DNA of 64,000 nt from Macrostomum hystrix (taxonomy: Eukaryota; Animalia; Platyhelminthes), in NCBI GenBank assembly GCA_950097015.1, contig CATNEN010000003.1:13516001-13580000 (forward strand), read 5' to 3'. The translations under genes were made by a program, and so were the position numbers. Shown piece after piece: positions 49,136 to 60,149 of this stretch. The notes beneath the pieces are model-generated. The model had not been told where the DNA came from, did no database searches, and worked only from the letters and a program-made list of their open reading frames with translations. Numbering within the stretch: position 1 is the first letter of the stretch; every line of letters starts with the position of its first letter.

Positions 49136-49685
49136 ATGAGACACTGGACAGATGAGACACTGGACAGATGAGACACTAGACAGATGAGACACTGGACAGA
49201 TGAGACACTGGACAGATGAGACACTGGACAGATGAGACACTGGACAGATGAGACACTGGACAGATGAGACACTGGACAGATGAGACACTGGACAGATGAG
49301 ACACTGGACAGATGAGACACTGGACAGATGAGACACTGGATAGATGAGACACGGGACAGATGAGACACGGAAGAGATGAGACACGGAAGAGATGAGACAC
49401 AGGAGAGATGAGACACGGGAGAGATGAGACACGGACGAGATGAGACACGGGAGAGATGAGACACGGAAGAGATGAGACACGGGAGAGATGAGACACGGAA
49501 GAGGTGAGACCCGGAAGAGATGAGACACGGACGAGATGAGGCATGGGAGAGATGAGACACGGGAGAGATGAGACACGGACGAGATGAGACACGGGAGAGA
49601 TGAGACACGGACGAGATGAGACACGGGAGAGATGAGACACGGAAGAGGTGAGACCCGGGAGAGATGAGACACGGACGAGATGAGG
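49136..49685. repeat. 16-bp minisatellite (gatgagacactggaca grading into gatgagacacgggaga)
   Basis: About 34 copies. Confidence 0.9.
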
Positions 49686-50088
49686 CTTTCACTGTGTGAT
49701 CAATAATTCACAGTGTGATCAAGATCCTGTGATTTCACAACAGTAGCTAATGATGTTAGATTCAGAAATTTTTCAGAAATTTACATAGGCGTGTAGGAAT
49801 TGGCATGGGCAGGTGGGAAAACTGCATGTCCTTATGTTAAATTATGAACTATATGTATAAGAATAAATATGAATGCAGAGTATTATTCAGTCTGCATGAG
49901 CCGCTACCAAACTGATAGCTTCTAAACTTGAAGTCGAAACTCATATTTTATAAGCGCAATTGATCAGGCAGTTGCATTAGGATCTTATTAACATCAAAAA
50001 TTAAATCAACACTAGCGCGTCATTATTCTATCATTTAAGCTAATCAAAATCATGTCGGCCGTTGCATCTGGTCATGAATTCGAGTCAT

Positions 50089-50499
50089 TCAGTAGCCTCT
50101 GCAGAAAACACGCGCGTCGCAAAGGCGTCTGCAGCAGAGCGACATCGCCACGTGGGCATGAATGCCACGCTTAATCATTGTCGCCTCATCAGGCAGGTAG
50201 TCCAGTGCGTCGGTGACGTCCTGATCAGCGCTGCGAACCGAACGCTTCTTCCATGGCGGTTGGGAGGTAAGCGGCAGATAGCCCACTGCTGGATCAATGA
50301 AGCCATCCTTGATGCCGTAGCTCTCCAAATGCTTAATGGATCTGCACAGCCAATCAATCATCACAGGACTAGCGGGGCCGCAGTAAAGAAACTTGCCCTT
50401 GTGCTCAGTCTCAGCTCCAGCTTTGCAGCCGGAGATTGTGATCGCCAGCAGGCTTAGCGTGAAAAACAGGTAGCGGGAATTCGCTACGTACAGGTTCAT
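50089..50499 (-). CDS. Insulin-like peptide precursor (136 aa)
   Basis: Signal peptide, B-chain CGPASPVMIDWLC (C-X11-C), dibasic sites KKR and KR, A-chain GI...CCRRLCDARVFC. A 5'UTR intron 50505-50592 (gtgagt...ttcag) and a TATA-like TATTTAA near 50690 lie upstream. Confidence 0.85.
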   Translation of the reverse strand: MNLYVANSRYLFFTLSLLAITISGCKAGAETEHKGKFLYCGPASPVMIDWLCRSIKHLESYGIKDGFIDPAVGYLPLTSQPPWKKRSVRSADQDVTDALDYLPDEATMIKRGIHAHVAMSLCCRRLCDARVFCRGY

Positions 50500-51664
50500 C
50501 TTTCCTGAATTGGAAAATAGGGAATTAATGCAACTATCATGTTTAGAGTTCAGGTATAACACTACAGTTTTCAGAAACTATAGGACACTCACCTTGAGCC
50601 ATTGACAGAAACAAGTGACTTCGCTGAAACTCGCAGGTCCGTCCAAAGATCCGAAGTGTGACAGTCGTGTGGCTTTGCGGGTTGCTTAAATACACTTTCG
50701 CGTCTTATTATCGAGGGCTGATGTGTTGAAAATTGCGATCTCAAACAGCTGTTTGACATCACGGGCGGCAGACATGCATGTAATTCTATATGCATTTTTT
50801 CACCCAGAACCATTTGACCTAGATTTCCGCTAGCTCGTTTTCCTCCAAATATTCCTCCAAAACGCCATCGTTTTGTTAATAAGGTTATTCACATATTCAA
50901 GTGTTTTTAAGCATTATACACTTATTTTAAGAAGATAAATATAGCATTTTACAAGTATTTCGTAAGAACTTTGTATAAGTTACTGTTCAATACTGACGTG
51001 CAAAAAATGCTTGCCGTAAATTAAATTTGAATTAGTTAAAACAACGAGTTAGTGAAATATTTTGATATAAACCCTAGGCCATGGTAATGTAGGTGAAAAG
51101 TTCACCTGTCTAAAGAAATAAATCGTTTCTTCACAAATTGCAATCAAATATCTATCAACTGATGCTTCATCTAACCGTCAGTTGGGATTACCGACCATCA
51201 GAACGGAATTGCCGGTTTCTGTCGATGCACACTGGCAGTTGACCCTGACGCCATCGATGAAAGTTTATTTAGCAAATAGGATCATGTTTAAACACATCGA
51301 ATGATGTGTTCTTGTAGGCAAATGAGGGAATTTTTACAAGGCGTATCCTTAGCATGTTAGGGCAATTCAAGGTTTGAAATTATGAGGATAATTGAAGTAT
51401 TTTTAAAGCCGCAACAAAGATGTACTCACTAGCCTTTTCTCTCGGCGACAATGTTCTGTGTCCACTCTGGCAGCGAAATTCATGACACAGATTGGTACAA
51501 GACTGACCTTTCAGAAATTCAGCTGCAACAACAGTCCAAGCTTGCTTGTATAAGCTTACAAGTGTTTCATCTTAATTTGGATTTTACCGGTCGTCCCAAT
51601 TTTTAGTTCTAGTTTAGATTCAGTAATTTAAGGGAGGCAAAAAAGTATTTTGATGTAGCGAAGG

Positions 51665-51885
51665 AATAAAAAAATAATAATTGCGTGAGGGCTGCGGGCA
51701 GTGGCACAGCATTTGGTGACACTAGACCCGCAGCCAGCGAGGAGGCAATTCTGCCCATTTTGCTGACTGCTGAGCACACGTTCACACAGGTGTGTACATC
51801 TGCCCGGACTTTGTCATCGTCATGCCGTGTACACTTTCACTGTGCCTTTGCGGTTGGCCCTCAAGGGCGTAAATTGCACGACAAA
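51665..51885 (-). mobile_element. 5'-truncated copy of the same SINE
   Basis: Body and 3' stem-loop match; A/T tail at about 51665-51682. Confidence 0.8.
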
Positions 51886-52476
51886 TTGCACGTCTGATAT
51901 TGAGCATTGGCTGAGCACAGTATCGGGTTGGGTGGAGCCATGTTAACACAGAGCTGATAAGCGAAGTCCTTTGACCACTGCTTCAATTCCTTGAAATTTT
52001 CCAGCACATAGGTTCCTGGTAGTCTCAGGGGCATTGTCAACTCGTCCCTGTATTCAATCATTAATTGCTGTTTCTTGTTATAAGAATAACATTTTTATCA
52101 ATGCAAACAAAACATTTGGCAACATACTTACATACTCAGTGGACCGTAAGTATTAGACAAAGGCGTCACTCCAAGAGCGGAAATAGTGAGTTGAGTTTAC
52201 TTTGAGTTTAGATGCAGCTTGAACTGATAGGGGAGTTCCGAGGTCACTTTCTACTTTTATAAGTAGTCTATTAGGCTTATCGTTTTTTTATTTGTGAAAA
52301 TGGTTTGAGATTGAGAAAGATATAAAAATTAGCTGGTTAGTTTATTACCCTGAGATTGCTTGTTTAGATAGGCACAAGTTTAGATAGGGACAATTTACTG
52401 AATGTTCAGAAGAGACAAATACTTTTCCGATTATAGATGACTTTAGGACTTTTAGAAATGCGTTGGGATTACTTAA

Positions 52477-52645
52477 GGTTCTAACATAGTCGTTAAGTTA
52501 GAGGGTCAGATTCACGACTTGAAAGTCAGGGGTTCGAATCCTGAATCTTGACTCCACTGCAACAATTTATCTCCTTTGTCAGATAGCAGTTAACTCTGAT
52601 TTGCTTCAGTTCACCCAGATGTAAAATGGGTATCAGTACCGGTAT
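52477..52645 (+). mobile_element. Probable CORE-type SINE (tRNA head plus CORE domain), degenerate
   Basis: Perfect B box GGTTCGAATCC at 52531-52541, then gcagttaactctgatttgcttcagttcacccagatgtaaaatgggtat, which resembles the MIR/CORE motif ttaacctctctgtgcctcagtttcctcatctgtaaaatggg. Confidence 0.6.
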
Positions 52646-53215
52646 TAGCTAGGATATTTCAGGTCGAGTACGGCGTTCCATCCAGTCCATGGACTGAACA
52701 GCCAACCGCAGTTCAGAATACCTTCAACTGCGACTGGAAATGCGGCTGTGCTGTCAGCTAAACATCTGACCCATTTATTACTTCTAGCCGCACAAACTAG
52801 CCATGCCGAATATAAAATGAAATAAAAAGCAAGAGTTAAACAAGCGCAATGATGATGCTTGCACTTCCACTTTCTGCGCACAATGCTTTGTCAGGTGCTG
52901 TGTCCTAATTTTCTATTTCACATTGCATCCTCCGAGATGTGTCGTCCTCTCACTAGTATTTATGATGTAGCAATTTGCGCGACTCGGGGTGCTGCAAAAT
53001 TCAAACAAAGTATGCCTTCTTTTTAGTGCGTTTTTAGCGAGAGGTGGATCAAAATGGCACACTTTGCTGACATTGCAGAATCATCAAACCCATTGCATTC
53101 CACATAGTGGGAGAGGTGATTAAGTCAAGACAAACTGATTCAGTCCCGGATTCTGGTCAGAAGCAATGCTTTTCTTCCTTCGAATACAGCCTCGTCTGTT
53201 ACTTCGATTCCAGCT

Positions 53216-53562
53216 TAATAATATAATAATAATTGCTGGAGGGCTGCGGGCAGTGGCACATCATTTGGTGACACTAGACCCGCAGCCAGCGAGGAGGCAA
53301 TTCTGCCCATTTCGCTGACTCCTGAGCACACACGAACACAGATACTGTACGCAGGCACACGCTCACACAGGTGTGTACATCTGCCCTGACTTTCTCATCG
53401 TCAGGCAGTGTACATTTCACTGTGCCTTGGAGGTTGGCCCGCAAGGGCATAAATTGAACGACAAGCCCCCAAGCCCCAAATTAATGTGGCCTCGCCGTGG
53501 AATCGAACTTTAGGACATTGGTGCCAGAGGCAAACGCGTTAACCGCTCTGCCACCGACCCCC
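53216..53562 (-). mobile_element. tRNA-derived SINE, most complete copy
   Basis: Head GGGGGTCGGTGGCAGAGCGGTTAACGCG... with A box (TGGCAGAGCGG) and B box (GTTCGATTCC), 3' stem-loop, (ATT)n tail. Flanked by tcgattccagct direct repeats. Confidence 0.85.
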
Positions 53563-54653
53563 TCGATTCCAGCTCTGTATCTTCCTTCGATTCCTGCGGC
53601 GTCTCTTTCTTCGATTCCAGCTCTGTTTCTTCCTTCGATTCCAGCCTCGTCTCTTCCTTCTACTTTATCATCATTTATTTTTTTAGTTTTATTGAGTGAC
53701 TCGGCATTAACTTATTTTCTTGTAGAAGTTATTCTCACTTGAAAATGTTCTCAATTTACGAAACGGCGCGTTGTGCAAACTAGCAAGAGACTGCTGGCTA
53801 AGCAAATCCTAACGGAATGTTTGAATGAGCAGTTTAGAATGAGAACATATCTGCTTGGCAGAACGGGACAGTTGTGCTATATTTCTAAGTCGGTACTCCC
53901 GTTTTGAGTGGCACAAAAAGCCAAATGGAGTTTTGTATAAAGAGTTTTACAATTAAAAAAATACTACTCAAAGATTTACTAAGAGTTTACTGACAAACAA
54001 AGGCCAACCCCTCGACGCGACGTCATTCTGTGCTCACTCACTCTCGTTCCTTTTTTCCACCTCCTTTAAAAAAAGCTTCCTCAAGTCAGAGATCTCCGTC
54101 TCCTTGTCGTCTCCGCGTGTCTCCTCCTGGGGCTTGTCTAGGGGGGAGTAGGGGGGAGGCCGGGTCTTCAAGCCGCTATCCTGTCTGTATCCAGCTAATG
54201 CTCCGTGCTCAACGCACACAGCCATCCCCACGCCGCATGTGAGTCAATGGGGGTTGGTTTGCCTGCTCACTCACTCACACTCACTCTCTCTCGCTCGGGG
54301 AGCTGAGTGAGAACACGAGCGTCTGAGAGGCGGGTGACCCGCGTGCTGACTGGTCTAAATGTTTGCCCCACCCCATTTTCTCTCTCCCCCCCTCGTCTCC
54401 GAGCCCTACATAGCCTTTCCGTTCCCTGCTTTAGCCCTCTCCAATGGGCGGCTAGAAAAGGCACCAACTTAAGCCAAGCTTCCCAATTTGCCCCGCAGAA
54501 AAGCCGCCAAACATCAGGCGAAACGTGAAAAAGAACAGCCAAGTTACAGTTGTAATAGCTGTCGCGAAAGAATTCATTTGCACCGGCCTCGTTGCCAAGC
54601 GGAGCCTTCTTATGCCGCTTCAAGGGTGAGGTTTCAACCAGCTAGACAGCGAC

Positions 54654-57600
54654 ATGATAGTGCGGACGTTGGCACTTCAGCTTCTGGCCCTGCCGCTGCT
54701 GCTGCTTCACGTACAGGAGGCCGCCTCTAGCGTCACTTTTCACGTGGAGGAGAACGGGCCTAGGCCTGACATTCTGGTTGGCAACGTCAAGTCGAGCGAG
54801 TGCACGGCGCCTTTCAACTCGTTCAACATCGATACAGACAAATTTAATCTGGACCCAAGTTCAGGCGACATCAGGACCAAGGTTCGTTTGGATCGAGAGC
54901 AGCGATCAGCCTACAGCTTCCAAGTGATCTGCGGCGATTCAGTTGTCCCCGTTACAGTTCTGGTTGACGACAAGAATGACTGCTATCCGACATTTCAAAA
55001 CACTACTATTGTGCTCCGTCGGCCCGAGAACATACCGACACCTGCATCGATACCACTGACATACGTCGAAGACTTAGACTCTTCGGAAAACTCAATCGAC
55101 CGAGTCGAAGTGACTTCGGGCAATGCTGACAATCGTTTCAGCGTCCAGCTTCAGCCGCAGGTCGGCAGACTGACTCGTTTTGATGTCATTCTGGTTTTGC
55201 AGACGCCGTTAGACTTTGAGTCTGCCACGGTACACGAGCTGCAGCTGACTGCGTTCGATAAGCACGGATTGACAGCTGCAGTCAGCGTCACCCTGTACGT
55301 GGACAATGTGAACGACGAGAAGCCGATTTTCGCTCTCTCGTTATACTCAGCCAACGTGTCGGAGAATGCCACTGTTGGCACAGAAATCCTCCAAGTGAGA
55401 GCTACAGACCGGGATCTGGGAGACTTCAACAATGTCAGGTATTACATTAACTATGAGGTTTCGGATCCGGATAGGCACTTTGCTATTGATTCGGTCACTG
55501 GCACCGTGAGGCTGGCTAAATCGCTCGACTATGAGTTGCGACAGTTGCACTCTGTTGTTGTGATAGCAACGGATGGAGTTAACAATAGCACAGCAAATCT
55601 AATTGTGCGCATCGCGGATATCAACGACCGACCGCCACAGGTGACGCTGTTGAATCTCACAACGAGCAGCCTGGCGCAGAATGCTATGCTGGGTCAACCG
55701 GTCATCCGCGTGGAGGTACGCGATCCTGATCGTCCCGCAGATCCCGTCGAGGTCAACCTCTCTGCACCGATCAAATCGTTTAAGTTGGTGCCATTTGAGA
55801 CAAACATTTACGTTATTCAGGTCGATGCGCAGCTGAGTCCGCAGATTTATACCTTAATTGTAACCGCCACCGACGCAGGAAATCCGCCTTTAAGCGTAAC
55901 TACAACAATAAGCATTCCCGTCTTAGCTAGTAACGATCATGTGCCAGTCTTTCAAAAGCCTATTTATCATGCGGCCACCAGTCAGTCAGTGATCCCAGGT
56001 AATCAGCTCATTCAGGTGCTAGCCAGCGACCCAGATCGAACAGCAGTCACCTATTCATTAACAGCTTCGTCAGCTGATAAAGGTCTCTTTGCTATCGACG
56101 CATCGACTGGCTGGGTGACTGTCGGCATCAGGTCACTGTCCTGCGGCTCGTTCTCGGTGCAGCTGCACGCAACGGACGCTGGTACGCCGCAGAAGGTTGG
56201 CAATGCGACGCTAATTGTGTTTGTGACAGGCAGCAATCAATACTCGCCGCGCTTCTCCAAGCCGTTCTACTCGGTTAAACTGCCTACTGCCAGTGTTTCG
56301 TCCTGCTTCTCTCAGGTGCAAGCGACAGACCGCGATTGTGGAGCAGCTTTGAGTTACACCTTCCAAAGCAGCATGTCAGGTGCTTACGGTAGCATGTTTG
56401 AGTCGATTTACGCCATTGATAGTTACACTGGATACATTTGCGTCAAGAACGCAACAAGAGTACTCGCGTTTGGCAACTGGATCGATTTTCCAGTAAAGGT
56501 GGTTGACTCAGCGGCTGGAATTACAAAAGAAAGCTACTCACTAATACGGCTAGACGTCAGTGACGCTGCACCTAGCAGCGGAGCGGCAAAGCGATTCCCT
56601 TTTGCAAGCTACCGATTGGATATCAGCGAGAGCTACCCAGTAGGCGCCGTCATCCTGGATGTTGCTGCTATAGGGGGCTCACAATACTTTTTAGCCAGCG
56701 CAAGCAGTCACTTTGCATTATTTGTCAATGGTACGCTTGCATTGACAAATCCTTTGGATTACGAGAGCGGCCCCAGGGAGTTTTCTCTTACAGTGAATAG
56801 TCCTGGTGTGCCCGGAAATTTGATAGTTAGCCTGCATGTTGTCAACGAGAATGATAATTACCCAGATTGCTCAGGCGTGGTCAAAGAGCTCTCCATCGCG
56901 GATAGTTCGCAGCCATTCTCTAAAATTGCTCAGTTCAACTGCCTGGATCCGGACAATGGGCCTGGTCCCTTCTATGCGGGTAATTTTGACTACTTTGTTC
57001 TGAGCACGACTGGAGCACTGACAGTCAGAGACAGTGTGACGCATCTCGCAGGTGAGACGCTGCCCCTCTTGATTCGCGTCTGCGATCCGGACAAGCAGTG
57101 CACAAACTTCACAGTGAGTGTCAAAATCTTCGACACAAACGATCACGCCCCGGTGTTTTCGCAGCCCGCCGGATACTGGTTCAGAGTGAAGGAGGGCGCA
57201 CCGGTGGGAACGAGTCTTGGTGTTGTGCCAGCCACTGACAGTGATCTAGGAGCTAACGGTCTAGTTAAGTATTCGCTCCTGTCCTTTGCTAATGTCTTCA
57301 GCATCTCTGCAACCGATGGATTGCTGCGGACTGCCTCGGAGCTGGATCGTGAGAAAGTCAGTTCCTACTCCGTACAAGTGGCCGCCTCAGATTCAGGTAA
57401 TCCGGCTCGAACAACAACTGTTCAAGTGGCTATTGTGGTTCAAGATGTCAACGACGTGGCGCCAAAGTTTCGTCAGTCGCAGTATGAAGTTTTCGCATCT
57501 GATTTAACACCAGCGGCCTCCACAATTCTAGTTGTTGACGCGTATGACCCCGATCTTGGGACTGGAGGCTCATTGTTCTACTTCTTGACGGGCGCTGCGG

Positions 57601-60087
57601 CAGAGTGCGTCAGCGTTCACCGCATTACGGGGGCCGTCTCAGTGACAAAGCGTTTGCCAGTTGGCACTTTGATTGGCCAGCTCACCGTCTATGACGGAGA
57701 AGGCCTGAGCGACTCGGCACTGTTGTCAATTACTGTCAAGTCGGTTCCGGAGTGGCCAAATAGCACGGTCACAATGGCGGTGAGTGAGTCAGCCAGTGTT
57801 GGCTCTCTGGTCGGGCAGATTTCATCTCCGTCAGCTAAGGCATACTACACAATATTGAAGGCGGGTGATGGTGCTGTCTGGCTGTCTGTGAATTCCGGTA
57901 AAGTCTATGTCAACCGACCACTAGATAGAGAAACTGCAGATCATCACGACTACACAGTTCTGGTAACTGACGCGGTAGAAAAGGGACTGGGCAGGCCTCA
58001 GTGGGCGAGTGTAAATCTGCGAATTTTGGTTCTCGACGAAAATGACAATGCCCCAGCATTCAATGACTCAGCTAGGTCTCCTACTATCGTTGTTGGCGAA
58101 GATCTACCCGGAGGATCTGTCGTGTTCTCGCCCGATGCCACAGATCCGGATCTGGGCTTAAATGGGAGCATTCGTTACCAGCTAGCGGAATCTAGCTCCG
58201 TGTTCTACATCGATGAAAACACTGGAAAACTATTCATTAGACAGTCGCTGGATCGGGAAACGATTGGCGAACGAATTCAAGTGGGCATAATTGCTTTCGA
58301 CAGCTGTCAAGAAGTGCCAATGTGCTTTAGAACCGAGGCAGCAATTCTTACAGTTATCGTCAAGGATGTCAACGAGTTTACGCCGAGCCTATCCTTCGAC
58401 GAGGGCGCGTTCTTCATAGTCTCGGACGAGCCAGACTCTATTATTGCTCACGTTGAAGGAGTTGACAAAGACGCCGGTGTTAATGGGTCTATTTGGTTCA
58501 GCCTGAGCCAGGAGACAGAGGCAAGGGTAGACAATTATGGCCTAATTCGCCTCCAGGCAACAAACACTCAGCCAATAACAGTAAACGTGACTGTTGTCGA
58601 CGGTGGTCCTGAGGGCTGGGGCCGATCTACCTGGAAGCTTCACAGCATTCCAATTAAGACATTGTCAAGCAGAAGCACGCCAAAGTTCAGCCAGACTGCC
58701 TATACAGTAAGCATCAGCTCGCGCTCAGCGAAAGGCCAGGATGTGCTGCAGCTGCAGATCCAACCGTTCAGTGGCTCGGTAGACTTTCGGATTCCCTTCG
58801 GCTTGCTTGGCAACCTGTTCATCATCGACCCGATAAGCGGTCAGCTGCGCCTAGGAAAAACGCTACCCCAGACTGGGTCGAGCCAGTCAGCTTATTCAGT
58901 CACAGCGATAGTGTCCGATCGAGCCAATCCTCTTCAACTAGATGTGTGCGAGATCTCCGTCACCTTGTTAGACTCCAATGACCATTCGCCAGTTTTTCTC
59001 AACACTTACTATACGGAGGTGCCTGAAGGACAGGCTTTCACCGACATCCTCACTCTGGCTGCCTACGATCTAGATCGCGGACCCGCGGGTCTCATCACCT
59101 ATTCAATGGACGGCAGCACTGGGCGCTTCATCCTGGATCCTAGAAGTGGTCGCTTGTCGTGCGCCGCACTTGATAGCCAAGTTGCGGCGCAGTACATTTT
59201 GAACATCACGGCCACCGACGGCGGCGGAAAAACCGGCAGGACGACTGCCACAGTTCGAATCCTGCCCGTTAACCGATTCGCTCCGGCGTTTCAAAGCAGT
59301 CGCTATACGGCTTCGGTGTCAGAGACAGCGCCAATCGGAACATCGATTGTCAACGTCACCGCGATCGATCGGGACTCGGGAGAGAACGGTCAGGTCAGCT
59401 ACGCTGTCCTGGGCAAGTCGGACACATTCAGTTTGAATCCAGACACAGGCGAGATCAGACTGGCCAAAGCTTTGGACAAGGAGCGCCAGCCATTTTTGTC
59501 CATTGTGGTGCAAGCAGTCGATGGCAGTCCGGTGAATCCGATGTCCTCACTTGTTAGCGTCGACGTCGAAATCCTGGACGGCAACGACCATCGGCCGGTG
59601 TTTCAGCAGACCTACTACAGTCTGCGCGTGTCAAGCGGACTGGCCGTTGGCTCCCTGCTGACCATCTTGAGGGCAACCGATGACGACAGTTCGCCTAGTA
59701 ATAACGCCATCAGCTACAGCATCGAGACCAACGACTATGTCAGCGTCAACGCAGTCACGGGACAGGCAACGCTGGTTCGCAGTTTACCAGCTGCAACGCC
59801 CAGCGGTGCCTTCTATTCGTTCGCTGTGCGAGCCAGCGACTCGGGCACTCCTAGGCCATTGCTCACTGACACCGTGCTTCTGCTGCAACTAGGCGCTCCT
59901 TCACCAGCGCTAGCCTTTGCGACCGCAAACTATACGGGCAAATTGACGGAGAACTCGCCGCCTGGTAGGTGCCTTCTAGCTGCCTCAGCTGCTGAATGCC
60001 TGACTGTGGCAACTGTGCCGCCAGCCAGTCAGTACAAGATTGTGGGCGGCAACGAGGATGGACAATTTGTCATCGATTCTAGCACAG
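54654..60087 (+). CDS. ds: Dachsous-like giant protocadherin, first coding exon (signal peptide plus about 16-17 cadherin repeats); gene continues beyond the window
   Basis: Signal peptide, repeated LDRE/LDYE, DxND-xx-PxF and AxDxG motifs. Cys-containing repeat SCFSQVQATDRDCG...GYICV recalls Dachsous EC6. Donor G|gtgagt at 60088. A Fat-family assignment is not excluded. Confidence 0.85.
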
Positions 60088-60149
60088 GTGAGTTCGGGCT
60101 AGATAACCGGGCTAAAACTGAGGGAAATTCATTAACAGTAATTGCGCAG

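Noticed and set aside
1278-50499. Functional linkage of Islet with the insulin-like gene
   Set aside because: About 42 kb and four genes apart; nothing in the sequence supports co-regulation.
51861-52130. Short coding-like stretch (also 63309-63584) as gene or transposon fragments
   Set aside because: No motif I can assign with confidence; BLASTX needed.
53385-53410. CTGACGATGAGAAA in the SINE as a hammerhead ribozyme core
   Set aside because: CTGAC pairs with GTCAG in a simple hairpin, there is no stem II followed by GAAA, and the motif is CTGACGC in other copies.
53480-53562. SINE heads as genuine tRNA genes
   Set aside because: Copies diverge, lack a well-paired acceptor stem and continue into a shared body.
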